Positions 52,404-62,009 of a DNA stretch of 64,000 nt are shown here, piece after piece (the first letter of the stretch is position 1; every line of letters begins with the position of its first letter). A program made the position numbers and the translations under genes. This stretch comes from an uncultured archaeon (GTDB taxonomy: Archaea > Asgardarchaeota > Thorarchaeia > Thorarchaeales > Thorarchaeaceae), in the NCBI GenBank assembly GCA_964473825.1, contig CAYYQL010000005.1, forward strand, positions 64,759 through 128,758, written 5' to 3'. The notes below the pieces were generated by a model. That model did not search any database and had not been told where the DNA came from. It saw only the letters and a list, made by a program, of their open reading frames with translations.

Positions 52404-54482
52404 TTATGTTGAGCTGATTCTTGTGTGAAGAGCATGTTCCTGTCGCAATTCTCGGTCTAGGATGACATACGAGAACAGAGCAAGGGCGACCAGAACTGGA
52501 GCGATGGCGAAGTAGAGGGGGTTGAGTGGCCCGCCATAGGTGGTGTAGAAGTATTCAACGTAGTACGCAGACTTGACTGCTCTCTGTGGATAGACGGTCA
52601 ATGTCATGTTGTAGATCACACCGTTGTCGAACCCCTCGTGCCAGAGAGACAATGCGTGACGCCATAACACAGAGGTCAGATTTGTGAAGATGCTGGTCCG
52701 ATGGATGATTGTGCCACTGATGAAAGTGTGGTTGTCGTTGACGCCCACGTATGCGAGCGAGAGGTCAGCATGCCTGCCAAATGTTGGGTCCCACGTGGCC
52801 TCAATCCGCGTGACGAACTCGGTGGTATCAGTGAAGAACACGTAGATGCTCTTCGAGTACTGTACAGTGACATTCTCCAAGAGGCTCTCATCTGCGACCT
52901 TTGTCGTGTCAAACCAGAAACGGCCCGTTTCACCATCAGTGTCAACTCCCGCATCTATCGAGGCACTAGAGATCCCCGTGCCAGATGTATTCACATGGAC
53001 ACTCCAGCCGCGGACATCCTGCAGCTCATCGCTCCAGATGCGCTCCTCGTGATAGCCGAGAGTTCTGAAATTGTCGTGGGTGTACGAGGGATAGATGAGA
53101 AGAATACACAGAAGTAGAGTGAGTCCCAGCTTCCTGTTCTTGAGGAGAAAGACAAAGGGAACAGCCCACAGCAGGTACCACCCGTAGAAGACATCACGGG
53201 ACAGTGATGCGAAGAGCAGAATCGTGGCCGCAACCAGCATGAAGAGAGACTGCACCGTCACAGGGCGGGGTTTTTTGTCCTTCAGCCCGGTGTACCCCAG
53301 TCGGACGATAGAGAGTCCTATTGCTCCCGCCGTTACACCTCTCACAATGCCGACATCCACAGGATAACGCCAGTAGAGCATCCTTGCAGCAGGTAAGAGC
53401 GGATAGATGCCAGCAATCAGGCCCATTGCGATAAGCACAACGCCCAGAGTAATGACGACCAGATTGTAAGATGTGTCGCGGGTCTCCTCTTGAGAAGATA
53501 GGAGCTCCCTGATGACGATGAAGGAACCGATCGCAATCCCAAGCAGAACGAAGGCGGTGACAGGTTGGTTCTCAAGACGGATACTGAACAACGAACCAAC
53601 AAGAGACAGAAGTGGACCTGCGGCATCACCCTGCACCGGCATCCCGAGAGTATCAGTCTGCCCAATCAAGCGGGGGAGGAAGAGAGGAATGAAGGTCACG
53701 GCTGCCGTCAAGACGGTCACCACAGTGAGGCGTAGTCTCTCATACCATCCTCTGAAGTAGAAGAACACGATCGGAAACAGGAGGAGGGGATAGACCTTGG
53801 TGGCCGCAGCCAATCCGAGAAAAATGCCCGTGGGTGCAGCTCTTCGCTGGAGCATGAACCAGATGGCCAGCAGCAGGAAGAGATTGGTCAACGGTTCGAA
53901 GTGCCCGTTCCAGCCGGACTCGATGATCGAAATAGGGAGAAAGGCATAGGCGAGGGCAACAAGGGAGGCGGCTTTCGGTCCATTCAGACGGTCAGCTATC
54001 TTCCACATGACTACAAGCACAGCCCCATCCACCACACTCGCAAGGACTCTGAAGCTGTCAACGGTAGGTGCAACCCACGAGAGTGCGCCAATGAAGTATG
54101 CAAAGACCGGGGGATACGGGAAGTAGAACCCTGTGTATGGTATCTCACCCATCTGCATGAATCGGCCAAAATCTAGGTACCAGAGGGCATCAAGTGAGAT
54201 GTGTTCGCCCATACCTAAGAACATGAGTCGAATCGAGACTGCCATTATGGTGCAGATGGCTAAGGCGGATCTGGTGTTCAGAAGAGGTCTATCTGATATC
54301 CTCTGCGTCTGGAGTACTATTGCCAGATACAGTGCGTAGACTGCAATCCAAGAGTACATGATTATGAAGAACGGATACATCTGGCTGCCCAGACTCCGCA
54401 GAGCCACCACCATGAAGGCATTCAGTGCCACCGACACGATGAACAAGACATCCATCTTGGAGGTCCCGCCTAGGGCTCTCAT
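52404..54482 (-). CDS. GT-C mannosyltransferase-like protein (GT87/PIG-M-like)
   Basis: D-LWY...G-IPY...YPP, GLAAATKVYP, WYLLW; multi-TM with an extracellular beta domain. Confidence 0.8.
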   Translation of the reverse strand: MRALGGTSKMDVLFIVSVALNAFMVVALRSLGSQMYPFFIIMYSWIAVYALYLAIVLQTQRISDRPLLNTRSALAICTIMAVSIRLMFLGMGEHISLDALWYLDFGRFMQMGEIPYTGFYFPYPPVFAYFIGALSWVAPTVDSFRVLASVVDGAVLVVMWKIADRLNGPKAASLVALAYAFLPISIIESGWNGHFEPLTNLFLLLAIWFMLQRRAAPTGIFLGLAAATKVYPLLLFPIVFFYFRGWYERLRLTVVTVLTAAVTFIPLFLPRLIGQTDTLGMPVQGDAAGPLLSLVGSLFSIRLENQPVTAFVLLGIAIGSFIVIRELLSSQEETRDTSYNLVVITLGVVLIAMGLIAGIYPLLPAARMLYWRYPVDVGIVRGVTAGAIGLSIVRLGYTGLKDKKPRPVTVQSLFMLVAATILLFASLSRDVFYGWYLLWAVPFVFLLKNRKLGLTLLLCILLIYPSYTHDNFRTLGYHEERIWSDELQDVRGWSVHVNTSGTGISSASIDAGVDTDGETGRFWFDTTKVADESLLENVTVQYSKSIYVFFTDTTEFVTRIEATWDPTFGRHADLSLAYVGVNDNHTFISGTIIHRTSIFTNLTSVLWRHALSLWHEGFDNGVIYNMTLTVYPQRAVKSAYYVEYFYTTYGGPLNPLYFAIAPVLVALALFSYVILDRELRQEHALHTRISST

Positions 54483-55213
54483 CGCCTGTCGGTTCCCCCT
54501 CGTGCGAAGAAGGCAGCACTTCTCTCGATACCGATACCAAAGAAAAGCCGTACGACAAGCAGCAAGTATTGCACGATAGTGCCGCTGCCCAGTTTGCTCT
54601 CACCGTAAGCCCGGTCACGAAAGACCACGGGAAACTCAGTCACACGAAGCCGGCGATTCCTTGCAACGAGTTCGAGCACGAACTTGTAATCAGCGTAGTC
54701 GAAGCCATGGACAAGAATCTCGGGCGATCTAACGCATACGAAGCCGCTCATGGGATCCTTCAGAGGCACTCCGAGAGAGAGTCGCGCAATCATCGTTGCG
54801 CCCTTGCTTACTGCCTCGCGACTGCCCGGCCATCCCACAATCTTCCCACCGGGAACATATCGCGACCCCACGACAACATCGTATCCTGCCTCCACCAGTT
54901 CAATCATGCCCGAAATGAATCGAGGATGATGGGAGAAGTCGGCATCCATCACAATCGTAATCCCCTCGTCTGCAGCCTCGGCACCGCATCTGACTGCACT
55001 TCCCAGACCGCGCTCGTTGGTTCTCACAATCAGCCCAACATGAGGAAACTCCTCAGCCTTCTGCTGGACCACCTGTTGGGTGCCATCCGAGCTATTGTCA
55101 TCAACCACAATGATTGCGGTGTCAGAAGGGTCAAGGAAAGAGTAGATGGCGTCAATCAAGCGCCCAATATTATCCTCTTCGTTGAGTGTGGGTATAATCA
55201 CGTTCTTCATCAT
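54479..55213 (-). CDS. Polyprenol/dolichol-phosphate mannose synthase-like GT2
   Basis: IPTLNE, VDDNSSDGT, RGLGSA, MDADFSHHP, GSRYVPGG, DPMSGF, GESKL. Confidence 0.9.
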   Translation of the reverse strand: MMKNVIIPTLNEEDNIGRLIDAIYSFLDPSDTAIIVVDDNSSDGTQQVVQQKAEEFPHVGLIVRTNERGLGSAVRCGAEAADEGITIVMDADFSHHPRFISGMIELVEAGYDVVVGSRYVPGGKIVGWPGSREAVSKGATMIARLSLGVPLKDPMSGFVCVRSPEILVHGFDYADYKFVLELVARNRRLRVTEFPVVFRDRAYGESKLGSGTIVQYLLLVVRLFFGIGIERSAAFFARGGTDRR

Positions 55214-55283
55214 TGCTCATCACTCCGAGGTCTCTGTTGCTTCATGTGAGTCGTCGATTCTTCAGGGATATGGCCCAGTCCGA

Positions 55284-56138
55284 CTAGCTCGACTGCAGTT
55301 CAGACCTTGCCTTCTCAAGGCCCTTAAGGTTGTTCACCGGGATCCATGTACCTGCAGGGATATTGACTGCGAACAGCCGTCCCTCTCTTGCCATGACCGG
55401 AGCAACCACGTTCTCAAAGGAGGACTCCACCTCCAGCGAGACCAGGTCTCTGAAATACTCATAGACCTCAGGATCGAAGACCGTTATCCCTGTATGAGCA
55501 GGAATGGCCACTGGGGGGTACTTCGTGATGTCCCGAACCTTACCCTTCTCGATGATCAGGCCAGAGTACTGGAACGGGGTCTCAGGGACCACGACAAAGG
55601 TGGCTATACAGCCGTTCTTGCGGGCCTTCGCCTGTCCCTCGAGAAATACCTCGCCGTAGGGGCGCTCGATGCCCACAATGACATCGTCGGGATTGTGGAT
55701 GATTGAGGTCATCGAGTCGTCTATGCTCCCGTTGTTCAAGGCATTGAGGATAGCACCCGCGTTCCCGACCTTTCTCCCATCGGGGTCCTCCGAGTATCGT
55801 ATGTCCACACCCCATCGCGACCCGTCGCCAAGGTGTTCCTCAACCACATCGGCAAGAAAGCCGGTCAGCACAACGAACCTCTTGATGCCAATCCCTGCAT
55901 ATTCGCGTATGCACTTCTCAATCATGCTCTCTTTCCCATCAAGACTGATCATGACCTTGTTGATCTCATCGCTCTGGGTCTCAGCACGGATCCTCGTGCC
56001 CTTCCCTCCGGCTGGCATGACCACCACCGTGTTAGAGATGAGTTCCTTCACCTCTTCCTCTGAGACCTCGGTCTCGGTGTCAGGTGTGTTCACGCGCTCT
56101 CGCAGCTCGGCCATGATGCTCTCTAAGGTATCGGTCAT
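55284..56138 (-). CDS. NDP-sugar pyrophosphorylase family protein
   Basis: PAGGKGTR, LGDGSRWGVDIRYSED, GNAGAI. Confidence 0.85.
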   Translation of the reverse strand: MTDTLESIMAELRERVNTPDTETEVSEEEVKELISNTVVVMPAGGKGTRIRAETQSDEINKVMISLDGKESMIEKCIREYAGIGIKRFVVLTGFLADVVEEHLGDGSRWGVDIRYSEDPDGRKVGNAGAILNALNNGSIDDSMTSIIHNPDDVIVGIERPYGEVFLEGQAKARKNGCIATFVVVPETPFQYSGLIIEKGKVRDITKYPPVAIPAHTGITVFDPEVYEYFRDLVSLEVESSFENVVAPVMAREGRLFAVNIPAGTWIPVNNLKGLEKARSELQSS

Positions 56139-56193
56139 GGAATATCAAGAGAAAGAGGCGGGTGTGTTGTTGAAAAATCTGTTTACTGCACAG

Positions 56194-56427
56194 CTATTGC
56201 TTCATGTTAGAGGCCAGCTCGGCCATCTCCTCGAACAGTGCCAGGGTCTTCTTGGCCTCCTCGGGCTTGAGTTTCTCGATGGCGTAGCCTGTGTGGACGA
56301 TGACGTACTCTCCCTCCTTGATATCGGGGAGCAGACTGATGCAGACCTGTTTCTTCACTCCTCCGAAGTCAACAGAGGCGTAATCGCCGTCGATGCTCAG
56401 GATAAGACCCGGTACTGCAAGACACAT
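56194..56427 (-). CDS. hypC: Hydrogenase maturation chaperone HypC
   Basis: MCLAVPG, VDFGGV, YVIVHTGYAI. Confidence 0.97.
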   Translation of the reverse strand: MCLAVPGLILSIDGDYASVDFGGVKKQVCISLLPDIKEGEYVIVHTGYAIEKLKPEEAKKTLALFEEMAELASNMKQ

Positions 56428-56526
56428 AGCTGTTCAGGTTGAGCTTCGCATTTCTGCTTTAGAACCTTATGACATGGCACACGCCATGAACTCGGTCAAT
56501 CCTGAGAGCATTGGATGTGCAGAATC

Positions 56527-57630
56527 TCAGCTGACCGGCTCGTACACAACACCAAGTTCATCCGCTTTCTCAAAGGCCCGCTTGAGTTCACTCTGATTGA
56601 CTCGTCGACTGATATCAGGATACTCCTGTGGACGCCGACGAACCTTGTGCTCGGGTCGGTACTGCCCCATGATGTTCACCATGCAGAGAGGCATGTTCTC
56701 AGCAATCCATTCGAGGATCGGTATCGTGCAGCACTCCACATGGTTCGGCATGACCAGGTGACGAACGATGACTTCGCCATGCTCATAGGCAATCTTGTGG
56801 TTCCGCGACACAATGTCGAAGTACTCCGTCACGCCCGAGAGCCGACGACCGCACTCGTTGTTACCATACTTGAAGTCGGGCAGCCAGACATCGATCAGAT
56901 CAGAGAGTAACTTCATGGTCTCCATGGAGCAATAGAGATTCGAATTCCAGAGCTGGGTCACGTTCGAGCTCTGATAGAGCATTGACTCGACAATCGTATG
57001 GGTGTTGGGGATGGGGTCTCCCCCGACGTAGTTGATGTTCAGAGCCCCGTCCTGATAGAGGTGTTCAGCGATGTCAGCGAGTTCCTGAGCGCTCACAACC
57101 CGCCCGGCATTGGGATTGGTAGAGATATCCTCGTTCTGACAAAACACACAACCAAAGCAGCAAGAAGCAAAGAAGATGGTTCCGCTCGGCACAAGGGGTG
57201 CCTCCTCCCCGCTGTGCAGGAAGTACGATGATACCCACGAGTCCGCATCTAGCTTGCACCAACCTTTCTCATCCTTTGTTCTGTTAACACCACACTTCCG
57301 TTCACAGAAGTGACACGACTGCAGGATCCGATGCGCCAGCTCGGCCTTGATGCTGAGGAGGCTTACCCCGTCCACCTCATCCCGTCTGAATTCGATGCCC
57401 TCCTTATCCACAGTACGCACATAATCCTCATGTTCCAGTGAGAGAGCCTTGTGCCGCTCCCACAGCTCATCTGATGAGGCTTCAAGGTCGGTATCGCAGC
57501 AGACATCCTTCGCCAGCAGATACTTGGCCCAGCGTTTGTTGTCGATAATGTCACGATAGCGAGACAGCCTGCGCACTACCTCAGGATTTTTCCACACTCC
57601 GGACGCATCAGGTCGCAGATATCGCCACAT
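56527..57630 (-). CDS. Radical SAM protein, PflX-like
   Basis: CHFCERKC, GEE--LVPSGTIFF, CCFGCVFCQN, DFKYGN, RHLVMP. Confidence 0.92.
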   Translation of the reverse strand: MWRYLRPDASGVWKNPEVVRRLSRYRDIIDNKRWAKYLLAKDVCCDTDLEASSDELWERHKALSLEHEDYVRTVDKEGIEFRRDEVDGVSLLSIKAELAHRILQSCHFCERKCGVNRTKDEKGWCKLDADSWVSSYFLHSGEEAPLVPSGTIFFASCCFGCVFCQNEDISTNPNAGRVVSAQELADIAEHLYQDGALNINYVGGDPIPNTHTIVESMLYQSSNVTQLWNSNLYCSMETMKLLSDLIDVWLPDFKYGNNECGRRLSGVTEYFDIVSRNHKIAYEHGEVIVRHLVMPNHVECCTIPILEWIAENMPLCMVNIMGQYRPEHKVRRRPQEYPDISRRVNQSELKRAFEKADELGVVYEPVS

Positions 57631-57887
57631 AGGGGATAGTAAGGACAGGGTAGTGATAAAAGGTATATGAACGGTGAAACCCACTGCTGACAGAAAGAGA
57701 TGGTGGCGGGGCCGCAGACATCTACAAGAGTCTTGGACAAAGAATGACCTCCATGTTCTGTGCAGTTACTTCCAAGTACCCATCGGGATGTCCGAACAAT
57801 GCTTATTGGTCACGGAAGCACCCTGACTATGTCGGACCAATGCAACCTGCAGGTATGACCCACCTGTAGGAATAGGGGACGTTTTCT

Positions 57888-59321
57888 TTGAACGGCATCG
57901 ATAGACCAGAAAAGACAAACATTAGCAACCTCTCGAAGACGCTCATCGAGACCATGCCCGGAGGACTGAGTATCGACGACACAGAGGGACGACTTGTATA
58001 CGCAAACCCCGCCCTGTGTCAGATGCTTGGATACAGCCTAGATGAACTCGTTGGGCATCCAATCCTGAATATTCTCGCTGGGTGGTCAGATGATACCGTC
58101 CATGAGAAGATACGCAAACGGCAAAGGGGAGAAGTTGAGTACTATGATGCCCAGCTCATTCACCGATCCGGTAGGCTCATTCCCGTTCAGGTCACGGCGG
58201 CTCCTCTGTTCGACTCTGCGGACAACCTTACCAGAACCTTTGCCATCTTCTTGGACCAGAGCGAGCTTGCATCCAGCAGACAGGTAGCCGAACGAAGCCG
58301 GCGGATGTACCGCCAGCTCTTCCACCAGTCTAAGGATGCCATCGTCATCCACGACCCTGACGGTGCCATCATCGATGTCAATCAACGAGCCATGGACCTG
58401 TGGGGCTATACTAGAGCAGAACTTCTCAGCCTTGATGCCCGCACCCTGGTCCATCCCGACTCACTCGAGAGGACCACAGCAGAGTTGGAACACCTTGCAG
58501 AGGAGGGACTCCTCGACACGGAGGTGCAGCTGGTCAGGGCATCAGGAGAGGTCTTCCCCGCAGAGGTGTCCGCAACCCTCATCGAGACAGGAACCGAGCC
58601 AGTTGTGCAGACCATCGTGAGAGACCTCTCTGAGGAGAAGCATACACAGAACATACTTCAAGCTATGAGCAACCGCGCCCTTCTGTATCTCGACATTTTA
58701 AGCCACGATATCTCAAACCAGCTGCAGATTGCCGAGAGTTCAACCGAACTCCTAGGGCTCTGTTGTACTGAGGAGTACCCGAAGGATCTCTTGGATAGCC
58801 TGAGAGGTGCCTTACGTAGGATGGCAGCCATCGTCATCAAGACCAAGGCCACGGGACGGCTCATGTCAGCTACGGTCACCACCAGAGACCTAATCGAGGC
58901 TGTAGAGAAGACAGTTGAACGAGCGGCTGTGGCCTATCCTGAGCTCACCATCACCACTTCCATTCAGGTAGAGGAGGCCTTGATCCGCGGCGACGACCTG
59001 CTTGAACATCTCATATCGAACCTATTGGAGAACGCATACGAGCACAATCCCTCGGATGACAAGAGAGTCTGGGCGACCGTCACACCGAGCTCTGCAGGGT
59101 ATGATGTTCGGATTGCAGACAACGGCCCAGGTATCCCGGATGAGGTCAAAATGGAACTGCTCCAGCCATCACAACGAAAAGGCGGGCTAGGACTACACAT
59201 GTCGCGGCACATAGCTCAGAAGTACGGAGGGAAGCTAAGCATTAGTGACCGTGTGCCCGGTCACCCGGAACAGGGTGCAGAGGTCCGGGTATGGCTTCCT
59301 GCAGCGGCTCATAGTATCTAA
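57888..59321 (+). CDS. PAS-PAS sensor histidine kinase
   Basis: Two PAS domains, H-box SHDISN, NLLENA, DNGPGI, GLGL. Confidence 0.93.
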   Translation: MNGIDRPEKTNISNLSKTLIETMPGGLSIDDTEGRLVYANPALCQMLGYSLDELVGHPILNILAGWSDDTVHEKIRKRQRGEVEYYDAQLIHRSGRLIPVQVTAAPLFDSADNLTRTFAIFLDQSELASSRQVAERSRRMYRQLFHQSKDAIVIHDPDGAIIDVNQRAMDLWGYTRAELLSLDARTLVHPDSLERTTAELEHLAEEGLLDTEVQLVRASGEVFPAEVSATLIETGTEPVVQTIVRDLSEEKHTQNILQAMSNRALLYLDILSHDISNQLQIAESSTELLGLCCTEEYPKDLLDSLRGALRRMAAIVIKTKATGRLMSATVTTRDLIEAVEKTVERAAVAYPELTITTSIQVEEALIRGDDLLEHLISNLLENAYEHNPSDDKRVWATVTPSSAGYDVRIADNGPGIPDEVKMELLQPSQRKGGLGLHMSRHIAQKYGGKLSISDRVPGHPEQGAEVRVWLPAAAHSI

Positions 59322-59342
59322 GATCCATTTACAGCGGGGCGG

Positions 59343-59376
59343 AGCTGGAATGCCGATAGCCCAAGCGTCCCACGTA
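59343..59376 (-). repeat. Remnant of the conserved stalk motif (YVGRLGYRHSS)
   Basis: 10/11 aa and 26/34 nt match to YVGILGYRHSS at 63746-63779. Confidence 0.65.
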
Positions 59377-59643
59377 GGTCTTGCCCATACTGCTGTAGCT
59401 CTGGACCAGCTGACCCATCACTGCACACCTCGAAGGGAATGCCAAGCTCGGGAGGGCCCTCTCCCCTTGTTTCACTTTCCGTGGGATGAGGGAGATGTCG
59501 CAGAGCTATCATGAAACAGCCCCCTTATCTACCCAATGCAGTGTCAGTGTCCTCATTCGCTCAGACATGGAGAACAGCAGGCACAATGCCTATGCAAATT
59601 CAGATAACATCTCACATGTATCATGTTGCACGAGGAATGTCGA

Positions 59644-59880
59644 ATGAAAGTAGTCCGGACAGAGGTGAGTTCTGAAGAACATGCCCTCCTCGTTCAACGG
59701 GCCAAGGAGTCACAGAAGAGCCTGAAGGAGCTCCTCCGAGCCATAATCCGTTCCTATCTCTCATCCGAGGGCGTAGATGCAGATAATCCCTTCTTTGCGC
59801 TGAAGTTCAAGGGGGAGAAAGGTGAGCGCGGGTCGGTTGATCATGATGCAACGCTGTATGGAGAGGGGGATTCTCACTGA
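59644..59880 (+). CDS. Ribbon-helix-helix-type antitoxin (orphan)
   Basis: Beta-helix-helix N-terminus and an S-DHD--LYG tail typical of antitoxins that precede PIN toxins. Confidence 0.7.
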   Translation: MKVVRTEVSSEEHALLVQRAKESQKSLKELLRAIIRSYLSSEGVDADNPFFALKFKGEKGERGSVDHDATLYGEGDSH

Positions 59881-60089
59881 TGCCATCCAGTCTGCCAAGT
59901 TTCCTCAATCTCGCGTTCTATCCTCGATGTGACGTCTTCTGAGAAGGGCCACTCGCCTGCCATGTCCAGCAGACTTGTCTTCTCGTAGTTAAGCAATCGG
60001 CGAATCAGGTCGCTGAACGATTCACCATCTCTCTTCAGAGACTTCAGGTGCTTGTAGACCTCGTCGCTTATCATGATGTTCTTCGCCAC
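59874..60089 (-). CDS. vapB: VapB-family antitoxin (DUF217-like, orphan)
   Basis: KNIMISDEVYKHL--LK--GESFSDLIRRL...L-DMAG-W. Confidence 0.85.
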   Translation of the reverse strand: MAKNIMISDEVYKHLKSLKRDGESFSDLIRRLLNYEKTSLLDMAGEWPFSEDVTSRIEREIEETWQTGWHQ

Positions 60090-60432
60090 TGGAGGCACCT
60101 CGTACACAGTAACACAGAATCTCTAATTATACATAGCTGTACTAGGCCAAGGCTGCTTCTTCTCTGAACATCGTGCTCCCATTGAACTGGAGTGACACAC
60201 GCGCGTGTGCAGAACCAAAGAATGTGCATCTGGTCTGAATGCGTAGTAGCCCATTGAGGGCCATGCGCCAGTCTAGGTTGCGTTTACATTAGCCGCTGCT
60301 ATCGAAGATCATGACCGACTTTACCGTGGGTTTGTGATAAGACAGATTGGTATTTTCCGTCGAAATCGCTCGTTTCCCTTTGCTCCTCGCTGGGCACAGG
60401 CACGTTCCGTGTTCAAGGTTGCGGAGATTGAC

Positions 60433-60473
60433 GTCGCAGACCACGTTGATGTCATGGATGCGCATGTCCACCA
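60433..60473 (-). repeat. Direct repeat of the stalk motif (VDMRIHDINVVCD)
   Basis: 40/41 nt identical to 63699-63739. Confidence 0.92.
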
Positions 60474-60598
60474 GATCATAGTCCCCTCTGTTCTTGAGAT
60501 AGAAGATACACCTGAAGTAGCCCTTTGTACTCCCGACCTCGGAGTTGGTCTAGTGGTTCAATAACGCGCATTGCCTTTTCTCGTAAAAGAAGGTGGTG

Positions 60599-60953
60599 TC
60601 ACACGGAGCTCTTTTCAACGGACGCGCGAACTCGTTCAAGCAAGGGTCTCAGTGCCGGGATGTCTTCTTTTGTCACTAGCCATACCGCCTCGAAATCCAC
60701 ATTGAAGTAACTGTGGATGATCTTATCTCTCATTCCGGCCATCGCGCGCCACGGTATTGACGGGTGCCTAGCACGCACACCCTCAGGTATCTGCTTGGTA
60801 GCCTCTCCAATGACCTCAAGGCACCGGATCACCGCATCTGAGGTCCGCAGGTCATCTGAGAATGCCTCGAATGACATATCTCTGACATAGTCCTCGGCTC
60901 GCTCCATGTACTCAAAGAATGTCATTCAGATAAATCGTTGCGGTTTGCGTCAC
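60599..60953 (-). pseudogene. hepT: HEPN (HepT/DUF86) RNase toxin with a 5' frameshift
   Basis: LEVIGEA, IPW, RDKIIH(SY) Rx4H motif. The native GTG start overlaps the MNT stop and reads TQTATIYLNDIL; an extra base at about 60915 shifts the frame. Confidence 0.8.
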
Positions 60954-61252
60954 AGAGGGACTGCCTCCCTCAGAATGGCACTCCTCAACTCCTCTCTGAT
61001 GTTCTTTCTGGGAATTACATCGACTTGAACACCCAGGATGTCGTTGAGATGGTTCTCAAGACTGACTATATGAAGCAGACTAACTGGACTGGAAAACTCC
61101 ACAAGGACATCCAAGTCGCTCCCCTCGTTCTGTTCACCACGAACGTATGATCCAAAGAGGGCGATGCTCTCCACTTTGTACCGCTGTTCAAGCTCGCGCT
61201 TATGAGAATGGAGGATAGTCCTGAGCTCATCTACAGTCCGCAATGGATTCAC
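60950..61252 (-). CDS. mntA: Minimal nucleotidyltransferase antitoxin (MNT)
   Basis: LFGSYVRGEQNEGSDLDVLVEF (GSx10DxD). Confidence 0.93.
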   Translation of the reverse strand: MNPLRTVDELRTILHSHKRELEQRYKVESIALFGSYVRGEQNEGSDLDVLVEFSSPVSLLHIVSLENHLNDILGVQVDVIPRKNIREELRSAILREAVPL

Positions 61253-61573
61253 CGATTTCAGCTAGCTTCTTGTTCTGATAAATCGTTCCTTGAAAGGGCC
61301 GTAGTGCAGCCTCGGCAGCAAGAGCAAATCAGTCCAGAATCCCATTTCGATTACCGAGATTCACCAGTAAGAACTGCCCCCTGAAGACCTTCTCAACCAA
61401 GTCATCTCTCTGGATTATGCGAGATCTAATCTCGGCTTCTTGCCGACCGAGTTCGTCTGAATCAAGGTCAAAACGGGCTTCGATTCTTCAGAAACTCTCG
61501 GAGGCTACTCTCCGAATGAGCAATACAAGACCACGTGACATAGCATGAGTAAAGGATTGTGCACCACCAGTCA

Positions 61574-62002
61574 TTAGTCAGCATGAGTGTCTTTACCTGC
61601 GGTCTTGGACAGCGATTTGCTGAGCCGCACCACCTTCTTGACTTCTCGGATGTTCGCGACAACCACAAGGATTCCCAAGACTATGGAAAATACGAGGGCG
61701 GGCCAGTACCAGTTGATTAGGCCCGGGTCTACTTGGACAGCTGCAAAGAACCCAAAATGGAACCCTATTACGACCAACACACACCCGACCGCGACCAAGC
61801 CAACTCCAGCAAGGTACCACGCGGCTCTGCTGGTAAGATAGAAGGAGTACATCATACGTCCGATGTTTTCACTATGCCCGCGGAGCCTCGGTGTGGTTTT
61901 CAAGAGAAAGACTTGGAGATACTCGCTAGCTTGATCTATCACTTGACTTCCGACGAAGGCGGTAATCATACCCGTGAACATGAACAAGACCGTAAACAAC
62001 AT
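61574..62002 (-). CDS. 3-TM membrane protein, putative immunity/partner B
   Basis: Intact paralog of 62522-62956, sharing VFLLKTTPR-RGHSE, HFGF, VDP and W-WP. Confidence 0.8.
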   Translation of the reverse strand: MLFTVLFMFTGMITAFVGSQVIDQASEYLQVFLLKTTPRLRGHSENIGRMMYSFYLTSRAAWYLAGVGLVAVGCVLVVIGFHFGFFAAVQVDPGLINWYWPALVFSIVLGILVVVANIREVKKVVRLSKSLSKTAGKDTHAD

Positions 62003-62009
62003 GATTCAT

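Noticed and set aside
54569-56442. Long plus-strand ORFs (226, 186, 257 aa) and similar shadow ORFs elsewhere
   Set aside because: Antisense to well-supported genes; a by-product of codon bias.
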